Numbered from the whole stretch's first letter, positions 1 through 13,607 are shown. The stretch is DNA of 63,149 nt, filler included, from Kipferlia bialata (GCA_003568945.1; 5 parts of 4 records of this genome joined end to end with filler, not necessarily neighbours in it); one strand, 5' to 3'. A program made the numbers and translations. The notes: generated by a model from the sequence alone, not told the origin.

Positions 1-114
1 AGAGGGCCCCGGGGTGGTCATTGCTGCCCCCCCCCCCCCCCATACACCGCCCCATGTCTCACTATACAATGAGTTCATTTTTCATCTTATACATATCTAC
101 TATTCCTAACCGCA

Positions 115-2105
115 GGGCGATGCTGTCACCTACTGCGCCTCCCTCTCCCTAGCAGGGCATGATGACTGGAGGCTACCCACTGTCAAGGAAATGTACTCCC
201 TCATCGACTTCAGCGGCATGGTACGTGTGCGATCTGACTCTCTCTCTCTCTCTCCATATATATATATATATATATATATATATCCTCACGTCCAGGACGT
301 CTCCTCCCAGATGATGGCTGACGAGGCCCCTGATGATGCTGTTCCCTTCATCGACGAGTACTACTTCGAGTATGAGTACGGAAGGCCAGAGGTCAGTGGA
401 GCCAAGTCCCCCCCCATATCACTCTCATTCGCGCGCTCGCTCTCTCTCTGACCATTAGGACATGGAACGGATCATCGACTCCCAGTACGCCTCCACTACC
501 CTCTACACCTCCAGCACCCGCGATGAGGGAGGTAGGGACAACAATATAGTGTATCTAGTCTCTATCTCTCTTCATGTCTATCCCTCCCTCTTCGCACCTT
601 TCTGATCACCAGATGGCACCATGTTCGGAGTCAACATGGCCGATGGAAGGATCAAGGGATATGGGATGGGAACTGAGGGACCAATGGTGAGTGTCTTCGT
701 TCTCTCTCTCTCTCTCTCGCCTCTGTGCACTTCATTCCAACACTCAGGAGAAGACCTTCTTTGTGCACTGTGTGCGTAACTACGATTCCCGCGACTGGAA
801 CACTAACCAGTACACAGCTGGGACAGGGGATGAGGTGAGTCGCTGTCTAGTGTTGATATGCCTCAATGGGTCACTGAGGAACCTGCACACACACACCCTT
901 CCACACACACATATACTATATGTATATGCCCCTTCCTCCAACCCAGGCTGACACTGTCTATGACGCCACCACATCTCTGCAGTGGATGAAGGAGGACTCT
1001 GGTGCAGACACATACAAGGCCACATACGGAAACAGCAGCTACCAGGTAGGAGAACATATAATGGGTCACGAATCTCTGACTTTCTACTATTCCTGCTCTC
1101 AGCTCTCGCTACATCCTCCGCCCATCCCTCTTAGCTGCCCCCTCACCCCAGTACGGTATGTTCTGGGAGGACGCCTTTGCATATGCCAACGGCATGAACG
1201 ACATAGCCTTTGCAGGGCACACAGACTGGAGAGTGCCAAGGTACAAGACTTGTTATGTTACATATGTCAGATATCAGATATACTATACCAGCTCCCGCCT
1301 CTCTCCAGATATCCCTCTCATCACCAACGTATCAAGGAGCTCGAGGACATCTCTCCTCTTTCCCTGTCTCTCACCCACACACACATATATATATCTTATC
1401 TCTTCAGTGTCAAGGAGCTCCAGACCATCGTTGACTACACTGCAGACATTGACGGAGGCGATGCCCCCATTGACACTGCATACTTTGACATATCAGACAG
1501 GACGAACGAGGCTGGGGACAGCGACTACCCATGGTATGTGGATAGTTGGTACATACTCCTACCACTACTAGTACCACTGCTGCTATTGTCATACTCACCC
1601 ATACTTACCCCCCATCTTGGACCTCACGTTTGTCTTGTGGTTCTCTCTCACCCTCTTCCCTCTGTGTATAAGTGGATATGCCCATCCTTCTCCTATCTCA
1701 CCCCTTAGGTTCTGGTCCAGCACCTCCCATGTGGCATACACAGAGGAGGGATCCTCAGACCCAGCTGGGGGGTGGGGCGCATACGTGGCCTTTGGACGTG
1801 CCATGGGATACAGCGAGGAGTCTGACCCCCAGTGGTACGTCTAGTACTATGTGAACCGTCGACATATACATCTTACCCAATCGCTCTCTTCCTCCCTCAC
1901 CCCCAGGGCTGATGTGCACGGCGCTGGATGCCAGAGGTCTGATCCCAAGGTGGGTGTATGCAAGTACTCCCCACCCCTTCCTCTGTCTAACCCCCAGACC
2001 GGCGACCCCTCTGAGTACTCCACAGGACATGGACCCCAGGGGGATGCCATCCGTATCTACAACCACGTGCGTCTTGTCAGAGACTACACGGTGTCCCTGG
2101 ACTAG
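115..2105 (+). CDS. DUF1566 (Lcl C-terminal-like) double-domain protein, bacterial type; 11 exons visible, 5' end lies before the window
   Basis: Splicing GT-AG exons (115-220, 296-391, 459-531, 613-686, 749-835, 947-1045, 1151-1240, 1408-1533, 1709-1834, 1907-1949, 1998-2105, approximate) gives DAVTYCASLSLAGHDDWRLPTVKEMYSLIDFSG...RIIDSQY...MFGVNMADGRIKGYG...FFVHCVR...VYDATTSLQWMK...FWEDAFAYAN...FAGHTDWRVPSVKELQTIVDY...FWSSTSH...YVAFGRAMG...DVHGAGCQRSDPKTGDP...GHGPQGDAIRIYNHVRLVR, stop at 2103-2105. Two DWR(L/V)P.VKE(M/L) motifs are typical of DUF1566. Confidence 0.88.
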
Positions 2106-2607
2106 ATCCCTTACGAGTCGTAAGTTACGACCAATTGGTATGCATAGTGGACATGATTCACCATATTTAGATAAGCTTGAATTCCAAGGGTACGCCTGGC
2201 TCTTCTATACACCCCGATGTGTTGAGTGTTCTACGTCATCCCTGTTGACATAGTAAATGTATTGTGTATTGTTTGACACTGAGTTGGAGTCTCAAGCTGT
2301 TTGACGTATGAGAGTCAAATTAGTGATATCACTCTAGTCAGTCACTTTGGCTCCTTGAATGGTCTGGTGAGGGTTTCGCTGCGACTCTCAGAGATAGTGA
2401 GAAGGTAAGCCAAAGATAGGCATTCTTATCGGTAGTAGATGACAATATAACTATGAGTTCCACATATGTGTTACCTCTTCCAGGTTACGGCACTTGCATA
2501 CACTTCAAGTTGAAATTTTCAACCGCTGATATATTCCCACCATACGGTGAATCACCTCTCGACTCCACTTCATTTCCCTCACTCTGCGTTTGGTAAGAGC
2601 CACTTTC

Positions 2608-5600
2608 CTACTCCAGTCTCACCATCAGGATGTCTGTCATAACGTCATTGCACTCAGACACTGTGACATACACTGTCTGGCCCACATAGCCAGTCATGCT
2701 GGCAGTGAGTGGTAACCAGCCCTCTGGGACGTTGAGGAGGTAGAATCCCGACTCGCTTGTCACATCAGAGACAGAGTGGTCATCGTCCAGGGTGACGCTG
2801 GCACCCACCAAGGGCTCTCCCGTCACTGCGTCCTTCACCACCCCATTGACGATGCGAACACACTCAACGTACTCAAAGGCGTTGTATCCACACTCCAAAC
2901 GCTCCACGTGATCGTATGGCAGACCGTGATCTGTGTAGGAGATACCCATGTCTCTGACCTGGGGATCGATGGGTACAAGAAGGGTCTCTACCAGCTCTCC
3001 AGTCTGAGTTGTCCCTACTAGAGCGCCTGACGCGACATCATAAAGGGACACGGCGATGCCTGCGTAGGGTGATCCGTAGTCTGACACGAGACTCACAGAT
3101 ACATACTGATCATCACAGTGGGTTAGTGGGTCTGGCACCAAGGATAGGTTGACGGTCAGGGAGTCACACTCATCCAGAGTGAGTAACTGGGATTGGGGTG
3201 TGTAACCAAACCTAGTATAGTCAAGAGTGGAGGCACCAATGGGAAGGTTCAGGAGATAGAACCCGTCGCCAGATGATACATCTGATACTCCATCACCCCC
3301 AGAGACCGTGACTGAAACCCCTGCCAGTGGTTGCCCATCATCGTCACAGACAACTCCAGACACAACCCTAATGCACTCGCTGAATGTCACGAGGTTGTCG
3401 CCACATGACAGTGAGAGAGTGTGGTCATATGGAGCCCCCTCATGGGTATAGGAGATTCCTACGTCTGGGAGTGGAGATGGAACCGTAAGGAGTTGAGCGT
3501 CTTCAGGTCTCAGGGTAGTCACAGTGGTACCAATCTCTGATCCAGTGGTAGAATCATAGTAGTGGACCAAGATGTCAGAGTAGTTGGCATCTCCGGTATC
3601 CTCGGATGACAAGATAACGCCCACGCGCTGAGTGCCACACACGTCCATGGCCATAGGCTCCAACTCCACATCCAGAGACACATCCCCACAGTCTCCCATG
3701 GTACCCTCCACCGTCTGGGTCACGTACCCGTCACGGCTGTAAGTGATCGTGTAGGGGCCCTCGTCCATGTTGACGAGGTAGGTGCCGTCCTCGAGAGAGG
3801 TGTCCAGGTCACTGCCGTCCACAGACACCGTCACTCCGCCGAGTAGGGTGGGTGTGGTGGCCCCTGCCGCACTCACCGTACCCGACACAGTGCGGATGCA
3901 TACATCGTAGGAGAGAGTGGTGATGCCGCAGGGCAGGGGGACAACATGATCGTAGGTGCCATCAGTGTTTGTGTAGGAGATACCGATCACGTTGAGAGGG
4001 GGGTTGAGGGTCAGGAACTGTGTGGAGTCAGCAAGGCCGGTCTCCGTGACGCCCACCTCCTCGTCGGTGGACGGGTCGTAGTAGTGCACNNNNNNNNNNN
4101 NNNNNNNNNNNNNNNNNNNNNNNNNNNNNNNNNNNNNNNNNNNNNNNNNNNNNNNNNNNNNNNNNNNNNNNNNNNNNNNNNNNNNNNNNNNNNNNNNNNN
4201 NNNNNNNNNNNNNNNNNNNNNNNNNNNNNNNNNNNNNNNNNNNNNNNNNNNNNNNNNNNNNNNNNNNNNNNNNNNNNNNNNNNNNNNNNNNNNNNNNNNN
4301 NNNNNNNNNNNNNNNNNNNNNNNNNNNNNNNNNNNNNNNNNNNNNNNNNNNNNNNNNNNNNNNNNNNNNNNNNNNNNNNNNNNNNNNNNNNNNNNNNNNN
4401 NNNNNNNNNNNNNNNNNNNNNNNNNNNNNNNNNNNNNNNNNNNNNNNNNNNNNNNNNNNNNNNNNNNNNNNNNNNNNNNNNNNNNNNNNNNNNNNNNNNN
4501 NNNNNNNNNNNNNNNNNNNNNNNNNNNNNNNNNNNNNNNNNNNNNNNNNNNNNNNNNNNNNNNNNNNNNNNNNNNNNNNNNNNNNNNNNNNNNNNNNNNN
4601 NNNNNNNNNNNNNNNNNNNNNNNNNNNNNNNNNNNNNNNNNNNNNNNNNNNNNNNNNNNNNNNNNNNNNNNNNCCCAGCATCTCCTTGGTGGCAGGGTCA
4701 CACACACGCACGTCAAGGCCGCCGTAGAGGGTGTCGCCAGAGCCAAGCATGATGCCCACACGCTGAGTGCTGCAGAATGCCATGTCTGGGACTAGCGCTA
4801 TATCAATTCCTCTGTCAATACACATGGCAATGGTGACATGGATAGTCTTGGGCTGGTATCCATCCATGTGGAATGTTATCGTGTAGTCGCCCTCATCAAG
4901 ATTCAAGAGGAAGAACCCTCCCTCGGTTGTGGTGTCCTGTACTGTACCATGCCCATGTGCAGCAACAGCCACTCCAACGAGAGCATCACCAGAATCACTG
5001 TCGACGATAGAGCCTGAGACTACACGGATGCACTCTTCATAGGACAGAAGGGTGTGACCACAGCCAATGGTCTCATAGTGGTCATAGGGAGCACCCACAT
5101 GGGTGTATGATACAGCTACGGTACTCAGTGGTGTCTCTAACGTGACATACTCGGTACTCTCAGCATCACCAGTGGTCTCTGTGACTCCAATCTCCTCACC
5201 CGTCATAGGGTTGTAGAACCGCACCACTAACCCAGAGTACAGGTAGTCTCCGTGGCCGAGGGTCACCCCAACGGACTGGCCCTTGCACTCCAGGACTGTG
5301 CTGGTAGAGATGCTTCCACAGCACGACAGGCTGTGGGTGCCAAAGACATGTGGGTCGTAGTGACCCATGGCGTCTGGGACAGAGTCGACACTGAGGCTGA
5401 ACTCTGTGTCGACAGGAGGAAGGGCGTCAAAGGTTGCAATGCCAGCTGCGTTGGTGGCAGTCGTGCTGGCTGCTGTCTCTGTGGTCCATTGGACAGACAC
5501 TCCCTCAGGGGGGTTGACAGCAGAGAACGGATTGGCCAGGGAGATTCCAACCTCTATGGATCGGTCGGTTGCACATTGAAGAGTCACTGGGTACTGCACA

Positions 5601-8600
5601 ATGCGACTGGAGCCGCAGGTGAGTGGCTCCGTTACTGACCCCCACTCATAGATGGTAGAGTCACCACCCCAAGAGTATGTGACAGCATCAGTGAGTAGTG
5701 ACTCCCAGGAGAACTCCACTAGGCCATCGGGTCCTGACACAACAGTGATAGACGTGCCCTCTAATGTAGTGGCAGTGACCTCAAGCCCATCTACACCACT
5801 CCCACACACGTCGATGAAGGCAAGGGAGCGAGATGGGGCAGCAAAGCAGGGGACTGTGAGGCGCATGTTGTGCAGTCCTGTTTCAGGTACGAACACCGGA
5901 GTGTCTAGGTAACCACACACACCCTCCTTGGCGGTAACGCAGATCTGACCACGCCCTGACTCCACTCCATATAGATCGAAGAGTCCGGCAGAGTTGGTGT
6001 GTGCAGCCACATTGTTGAGAGAGACCTCCGCGCCAGAGACGGGGTGCCCCATCTTGTCGACCACCTGGCCACTGACTGAGCAGACCTGGCTGTCGAGAGG
6101 GCCAGCCTCCAGGCAGAGACTGTGGACCCCACACCCAAGGTATATGGTGTCAGTGTACTCATGGACGTCAGTCTTGTACTCAGCACGGACACTGCTAAGA
6201 TGGCCATTGATAGACGGAACCTCAAAGCAGACTTCTGTGGCAGCAGACACCCCAGTGTGGATGGCGTCATCGGATGAGGGGGAGTACAGGCTCACATGGG
6301 CACCAACAATGGCAGTGGGGAGATCGACACCACACTCAGACGACACGGTGTAACAGAGCGTCTGGGACGTGCACGGTGTGTCTGAGATGGCATCGCAGGG
6401 TGTCAGTGACACGTATTCATGGTTAGAGCCACACTGGATACTGACCACGCGCACATCGGAGGTATATGTTGGAGAGTCCCACGTGATAACAGCATCGCCG
6501 ACCTCCATAGAGGAGAATGACACAACACCAGACTCGGTTGTTGTCTCCGTCTGGCTCTCTCCGTCAGATACCACAGTCACTTCTACATCCGAGGCAGGTG
6601 CACCTGAGGGGTCAAGCACCGTAACAGACAAGGTGTTCTCTGCCTCACAGGGGAGAACGGTGTCAAACACTGCTACTCCACAGACAGGGACCGACGGGTG
6701 TAGGGTCAGAGCAGAGTACCCAGAGGATGCAGGGGGCTCAAACACTACCCCGGTGGCGGCAGGTAGAGCCCCTAAGAGTACATAGTGGCCGTCGTCGTCA
6801 GTGGTGGTGTTGATGTCTGCATCGTTGGCAGCATAGACGTGGATGCCTGCAAGGGGGGCACCACTGCCATCTAGAACAGTACCAGCCAACATGTGGGCGC
6901 AAGCAACCTCCAGTGTGACCTGTGTCTCACCACATCCCATCTCAATGACCTTGGCATACTCGATACCCCCAAAGGAGTAAGAGGCAAGCACAGATGCAAC
7001 GTCGCCGCCATTGTCACTCTGTGAGACATTAAGGCAGGTGTATCCACTAGTGGAGGTGACACTACCCATTCCATGCTCGGTGGAGTCAGTGAGAGACACG
7101 ACGATGCCCTCAATGGTCTCAACGGAGTCACTGAGAGTGTCTACAACCGCTAGGCAGAGAGTCTGCAAGGAACAGTCAACTGACACTGGAAACACCACAT
7201 CTCCACAGTTGGGTGCAGTGAAGGATATAGCGGAGGATAGAGAGTATGAGCCAGCATCCTCTAAGGTGACTGAGACCTCGGCGCCAGATATATCTGAAGG
7301 CAGGTCAGGGAAGATTGCCACTCCTGTTTCATCGGAGACAGAAGACACAGAGGTGCCATCCTGAGCAGAGAGAACCACTGTGACGCCGCTGAGGGAGTGT
7401 GGCTCGATGCCAGTAGTCACCACACTCATTGATACGGAGGGCGACTGGCAGGACACCTCTATCACCATCTGATGCTCGATGCCGCAGGTGAGGTAGACTG
7501 GGGAAAGGCCGGACTGATATCCCGCACCAGACCATGTCACAGCAGTGACCTCTGATTCAGTGGCATCTGTGGCCACCTGGAACTCAGCCCTGCCGTTGGT
7601 GTCAGTGATGTCGAGGATGGGGTCGGAGGCCTGGGAGGTGAGGACCCCAATGGTGAGGCCCTCGACCGGGGCACCTGCAGAGTCAAGGGCGGTGACAGAC
7701 AGTGGGGACACACAACTCATACTGGTGAGAGTAGTGCTGACATAGACCGGGCCACACGAGACGGAGGCCACGACCATATGGCGAGGGACATGAGAGTCCT
7801 CCTCAAACACAAGACGGAGGTGGTCATACGTCCTGGCGTACTTGGTGATGTCGACCGAGAATGCACCGTCCTGGTTAGTATCGTCAGAGCCGAGAAGACT
7901 GAGGGAGTCCACGGGGTAGACACTGACTGTGACGCCAGAGACACCAGTGGCATCCACCTCGTCGGTGACATAGCCAGAGACAGTGAGGCTGTCACAATCC
8001 AGAGGCTCCAGATAGTATGGACCACACCCAGGGACAGTGAGGACAGCGTCGCAGGAAGAGGCAACTGACTCAGAGAGACACTGGTCAGCACACCCAGCAG
8101 CACCACAAGAGAAGAATGTCGAGGGCGATATGAGGTCGTTGTCGGGGCAGACGAGGTTGGGGTTGCAATCAAGCTGGTTGTTAGATTGCCGTGTGGAGAG
8201 GCTATGATTGCATCCCTATTGACAATATACATAGACTACGACTGTTGTATTAGCGATACCAACGCGTACCTGTACGTCCGATACAGACCCATCAAGGAGG
8301 CCTTGGGGCACTGTACCCTCAATGTGGGAGCACTCGGCACGGAACGCCTCGAGTGGTGTACCTGAGGTGGGACATATTACTGCAGCAGACTGAATATTTA
8401 TGGGTTTATGGGATACAACGCACTGTGGTAGGGGCAATACCCCTAGAGTCACTCACCCGCAGATCCCAGACACTGGGGGAGTAGGCCTGTAAGGTGGCTG
8501 CCACTCACACTCAGGGTCCTCAGGGAGGGCATGTTGCACACACAGTCGGGGAGGGGGCCGACCACATTGGCGTTGTCCATGTTGATGTGGAAGAGGTTGC

Positions 8601-9334
8601 TGGCCTGGGATGAGGAGGATGGCGGAACAATACACATGGGTCACATAGAATATGGGGTTGTTGCCACTCTGTGGGTATTTCACTGTGAGTATGTAGTATC
8701 ACAATATGTTCACCCACCTGGCAGATAGCCTCGGGGAACCTGGTGACAAGGTTGTTGTTCTCCACAGAGAGGAACTCGATGTACGGGAGGCACGCAAGGT
8801 CGTCTGAGGTGAGTTGTATTGTAGAGAGAGGTGATTGTATTGAAAATCCTGTATGTGATACATCTGAGATCTAGAGTCTTGAACACAAGAGAGTATATAG
8901 CAGTAAGCACCTGGCAGCTTGCCAGTCAGGCCAAAGGATGGGAGCCACAGCCCAGTGACATGTCCATCGACATCACAGTACACACCTTCCTAGGGTAAGG
9001 GTAAGAGCGTCTGAGATAAACCCTCAATGAAACACCAACACTGTAGACAACTCAATGCCCCAGTACAGACCAAGTGTCTAAATAGTCTGAACAATATGAA
9101 CCATGAGAGTGAAATGAGGCTTAGGACAACTGACGTGTTGTATCTACGTACCCACTCGCAGTAGTCTTGGAGGACTAGCCACCCATTCCCATGGCTCCAG
9201 GAGGGACCGGAGGTGGAGAAGTAGAGGGCCTCGAGGACAGCTCTCTCGCTGATCCCCGCACAGCTGGTGGCACTTGTAGGCCGTGCCCCCAGGCACAGCG
9301 CAGCTAACAGTAGCGCTAGGAGGCGAAGCAACAT
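2608..9334 (-). CDS. Giant secreted protein (about 2000 aa): signal peptide, LRR N-cap and leucine-rich repeats, then many carboxypeptidase-regulatory-like (prealbumin/Cna-B-like) repeats
   Basis: ATG at 9334 gives MLLRLLALLLAALCLGA (signal peptide), then ERAVLEALYFSTSGPSW..GW...DYCEW/GVYCDVDGHVTGLWLPSFGLTGKLP (LRR N-cap) and GPLPDCVCNMPSLRTLSVSGSHLTGLLPQCLG in small exons (8270-9334). One long exon (about 8215-2608, spanning the gap 4090-4673) follows with repeated SG.V.D..G.PL.GV.V...T...G.(Y/F).L.L..G.Y.(I/L)....GY units. Stop at 2608-2610; no C-terminal membrane anchor is visible. Confidence 0.8.
2610..5290 (-). repeat. Coding tandem repeat of about 170 aa units within the giant secreted protein
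   Basis: At least four copies of VG(V/I).L.S...Y.G..V..YD..TG.E.G.T.T...ISYT....YDH...L.CG.....ECIR.VSG.V in ORFs 4028-7957 and 2608-4761. The assembly gap falls inside the array. Confidence 0.8.
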
Positions 9335-9570
9335 CCTTAGAGGTTGGTGCACTGGCTAGCGTTCTGAAAGAGGCGGAGTCGCTCATGGCGTTCGCTTGGG
9401 GGTCAACAGTTGGGGTCACCCACCTTACAGAACAAACGGGTAGAACGGACGAAAAAAGGTCAAGCTGTTAGGGGCAAATGAAATACTGTAGAGTCAAGCT
9501 AACGGGCTGTTCACATATCACACGGCGGGTCACTGAAGGTACAGACATGGCTTTCTTTCACATAACGTCG

Positions 9571-12500
9571 ATGGTAAGTCGCAGGACCAATACTATTGAC
9601 AGTCAATGTCAATACATATGGTATATATAATTTATACCTCCTCCTTCTCTTTCTTATGCATCACATTTGTACAATTCGACAGTGAAATGCCTTAACGTGT
9701 TAGTATTCGTGCGAGTTGGTGTTTTCTCATATCCAGAGAGTGAACCGTCTCGTCCTTGTTCTGGTGACGCTACTCCTGGCGAGTGTGGCTCTGGCCCAGG
9801 GCAAGCCTAGCTCCGACTCCCACTCTCACGATGACGAGGATGTGGACTACGGTACGTAATAGCCCCTTCATACTCTGTCTTTCATAATCTGTGTAATTTT
9901 GTAGTTCGTCTGTTTCTTTCGCCTCATAGCAGATCTCATATTCGCCCCTACTCATATTCACAACCGCTATTTGCTCTGGATTCACCACAGTCTCTGTCCC
10001 CATCAATTGGTTCACTGTAGATATAGATATGTATTACCATCCAACACTTCAGGCGATCTCTACGTGCTTCTGCGCGACGTCCACGGCGTGCCCATCACCA
10101 CCAACAACTACGTGCTCCTTGAGTCCGACGACCACGAGGAGACCGTCGCCACCGGCGAGTACGACATCCACTACTGCCTGCAGCCCATCTCCTACGAGCC
10201 CTTCACTGTCGACTCCTCTGGTGTCGCCATCACGGACTACTTGGGTGCCCCCCTCCTGCCCTGCACCGAGTACAAGATGGTCGACGGGGCCCTGGTCATG
10301 GCCACTGATGCCGTCGACGCCGATGCCCCGGTGTTGGAGGAGGCTACCTCCTCTGAGCTGTGTGCCGCACTCGACACCCCTGTCTACTTGGTGCCCATTG
10401 ATGCCGCTACATGCAGTGTCCTCCCCGGCTTCGAGGAGTACGTCATGGAGGTGAGGAAACGCACTGCACTGAACACCACTGTCAATTTCAATATGAGACA
10501 CAGTCTACTGTATACACATGTGTTCTGTCCAACCCCAGCCTGAGTTCGGTCGCCTCAACTCTCTACGCACCACCGACGCCGTCATGAACGCCCACCTCCT
10601 CGAGATGCTCAATGCCGTGCTCGTCGCTGGTGAGTACTAGACTAGTCATATGGGGTAACTGTTGATAGAGTCCGTTCACTCGTCACTATGGGTTGATTCA
10701 TATGTCTGTACTTATCCCCAGATGAAGTGAACCTTGACCCCACTGGCCGCTTCCAGTACACCAACAATGGGACTGAGCTGGCTGAGGACGGTATCGCTAC
10801 AGTGGAGACACTGAACACCCTCACCGTGGACTCCCACCTACAGGTACAACATACTGAATATGGATACTCTAAGCTTGACATATATATAGGTGGTATGGGC
10901 TCCATTTATATGATGGAAGACCACTAGTATAAGCCACTGCATTCTCACCCCAGAACGCCTCCGGCTACCTCAACCTGATGAAGTACGGCTGCATCTTCGG
11001 CCCTGTCATTGAGGCCGTGTATGACGACGCCGGTACCACTCTCCTTTCTGAGGCCCACTGTCCCATGTCTGACGTCCTCTCCAACAAGGACAACAACTTC
11101 AAGACCCTTGTGGTGAGTGAATATACATCACTTACCTTCGCATTGTAATGTATGTGTAGTACAATGTGTCTCTCACCCCAGGAGAGGTGGGGTGCGGAGG
11201 AGCCCATGTACCACGCTGCTTGTCTGCTAGGTGCCTGCGGAGACAAGGGCGCCCCCATCACCGTCGACATCGTTGCCCACATGAACCAGTTCCTAGGTAT
11301 CAAGGCACTAGTGTACTGACCTGGTAACAACAGTCAACTACCTGGGTCCTCTCATCTCCAGGCATAGTATCAGCGAAGACAGCCGCTGTGGGTACAGATG
11401 CACTGCCAGTGATTGCCGACGGACAGGGAGTCAGCGGACCACTGAATGGACTCTTTGCCAAGAAAGTGACCTCGGTATGTGACACTTGACAGACGTTGCA
11501 TTATATATCATCACAGTGTACCACCAGCGTGGTTGTGAAAACAACTCAACATACTAGAGATAACTAACACCCTGTTTGACTCTCAGGAGGTCCTGGGTGC
11601 CATGGTCACTGACGATGTGTACTTCCTGGACTACACTGGCTTTGGGTATGACCGTGCAGCAAAGTTTGTCGCCCTACCCGGTACGTGTCTCGTACTCTGT
11701 AAAGAGAGTAACAATGTGAATGGTTGTGCAATGACAAATGTCTGTGTATATCTACAACACCCAACGTAGACTCATCCCAGACAGTGGGTACATCACATCA
11801 GAGGATGAAGATACCATGGAGGGTGTGATGGAGGTGTGTGTATATTTTGTTGTGTCCAAGCCACTTACACGTTTAGTGACCCATTCCCACCCTAGTACCT
11901 TGGTCTTCTGGACGAGGACGACCTTACTGAGTTTGGACTCGATGCCCTTGATGACCTGCCACTTCTTTACAGAGTACACAGGACACCAATCTACACTGTG
12001 GCCGAGAGTGTCGTCGAGAGCCCTATCCCTGAGTTCGCCTCCGACCCTGCCACAAGTGACATTGCCGGTTTTGTACAGGTATATTATGTGTCTTCCCTCA
12101 TGTGACAACTGTTGCAGTGTTGGCCCTGTCGGGACAGTATTTAGTGCTTTTAGATTGTTTCTTTCATCACAGGCTGCAGATGACTCCCGTGCTGTGCTCA
12201 ACTTCCTCCACCTGTGGGAGGTCCCTGAGGACGAGGTACTGGATCATAGATATTCTAATGGACCCTTCCCAACACTACTATTATACTAGCCTCTGGTTCA
12301 CACATACAATTAGTTACCCGCCAACCCCAGATGACGCCACGTGAGACCACCAACGAGTTGAGTTCCTTCTTCTGCCTGCCTTCCATCAACCAAGCCTCAG
12401 GACTCCAGGTTAGGCTACGAAGTGTATTGGGATGTAATAACTCATGGTGCTCTTAGCTGATTGTTGTTCGTGTAGATATCACAGTGTTTTCTCATTTGAC

Positions 12501-13303
12501 TGTTAGGCACCAGGAGAGCTTACATTTGGCACCGCCCGTGAGGGTAATGTCGCTGTAGCCAACGCCGGTCCAGGAGACCTCTGGAACGGTGATTCTCCTT
12601 ACGTGATGGATGCATACATCGAGCTTCTGAGGTATTGAATCCTTGACCGACGACGGCATAGTACAATCCTTTCACTCTATCTCCTGTAAGTTGTGTAAGC
12701 CTAATATATCACTAACCACTCACACTCAGGTACTACGTCGATGCGGAGGGCACTAAGATCGAAGGTGAAATCCCTCTGTTTGTCAGTGAGCAGGCCGCCC
12801 TCGATGCGGTGGGCAAGGAGATCGACGCCATCCCCGTGACCGATCTACTCTTCAACGTCGACTCCATGGAGCCCCTTAACATCCCCGCCGGCAAGGAGGA
12901 GGTACACATTATTAGAGTGATAGATGTAAGTTTCATATACTTCGAGCGTCTATATGACTTCTGACACCCAGGAGTTCCCCTTCGTCATCCGTCTTGAGAG
13001 TGACGATGTCCCAGAGGGGGCTGTCGGTATCAAGTGGGTTGCCACGTTCATCAGGCCCACCTCCAACGACTGCTACCCCTACCCCTGGATCAACAAGGAG
13101 ATCGCTGGACACGGTATGTGACTTGGCACTATCCTGGTTCGGACTCTATATTCTCCACATGTGTATCCCTCTCACCCCCAGACTTTGAGGTGACCATGAG
13201 CGTGGACACCACCTTCCAGGACAGCACCTCTCACGGCGGCAGTGGAGGCAGTGGAAGTAGCAGTGGCGGCAGGAAGGGTGGCAAGCCTGTCTACTTCCTG
13301 TAG
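9571..13303 (+). CDS. Uncharacterised secreted acidic protein, multi-exon, resembling a bacterial hypothetical family, with a C-terminal beta-rich extension
   Basis: ATG 9571-9573 is followed directly by GTAAGT. Exon 2 from 9737 gives RVNRLVLVLVTLLLASVALA (signal peptide). Later exons give GDLYVLLRDVHGVPI...PEFGRLNSLRT...LDPTGRF...VDSHLQNASGYLNLMKYG...AACLLGACGDKGAPITVDIVAHMNQFLGI...FGYDR...AADDSRAVLNFLH, ending GGSGGSGSSSGGRKGGKPVYFL* at 13301-13303. Confidence 0.8.
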
Positions 13304-13607
13304 AACTGATGTTGGCACCTCAACAGTCCTAGTAGTTACTTGATGCTCAAGTTCATATACACCTAGATGCATATGGCTGAGATCAACCTCCCATCTGAAT
13401 AGAGATGGAGACACGTGTCATTCTGTTACTATGTGGCTCACAGTGTCACGTAAACGTTCAAAGAATTGCACGACAATATATCATACCGAGTAGAAAGACG
13501 TCATTTCTGGTAGTATCAAAGATTGAGTGACCGTCGCTCCAAAACTAATATGAAATATTGTATGGGGTCCAAGAGAGGTATTCCGTACTACGCAACCCCA
13601 GGCATAT

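Noticed and set aside
4028..4761. Apparent frameshift between the 1309-aa and 717-aa ORFs
   Set aside because: The frame change falls within an N gap of estimated length, and both sides encode the same repeat family.
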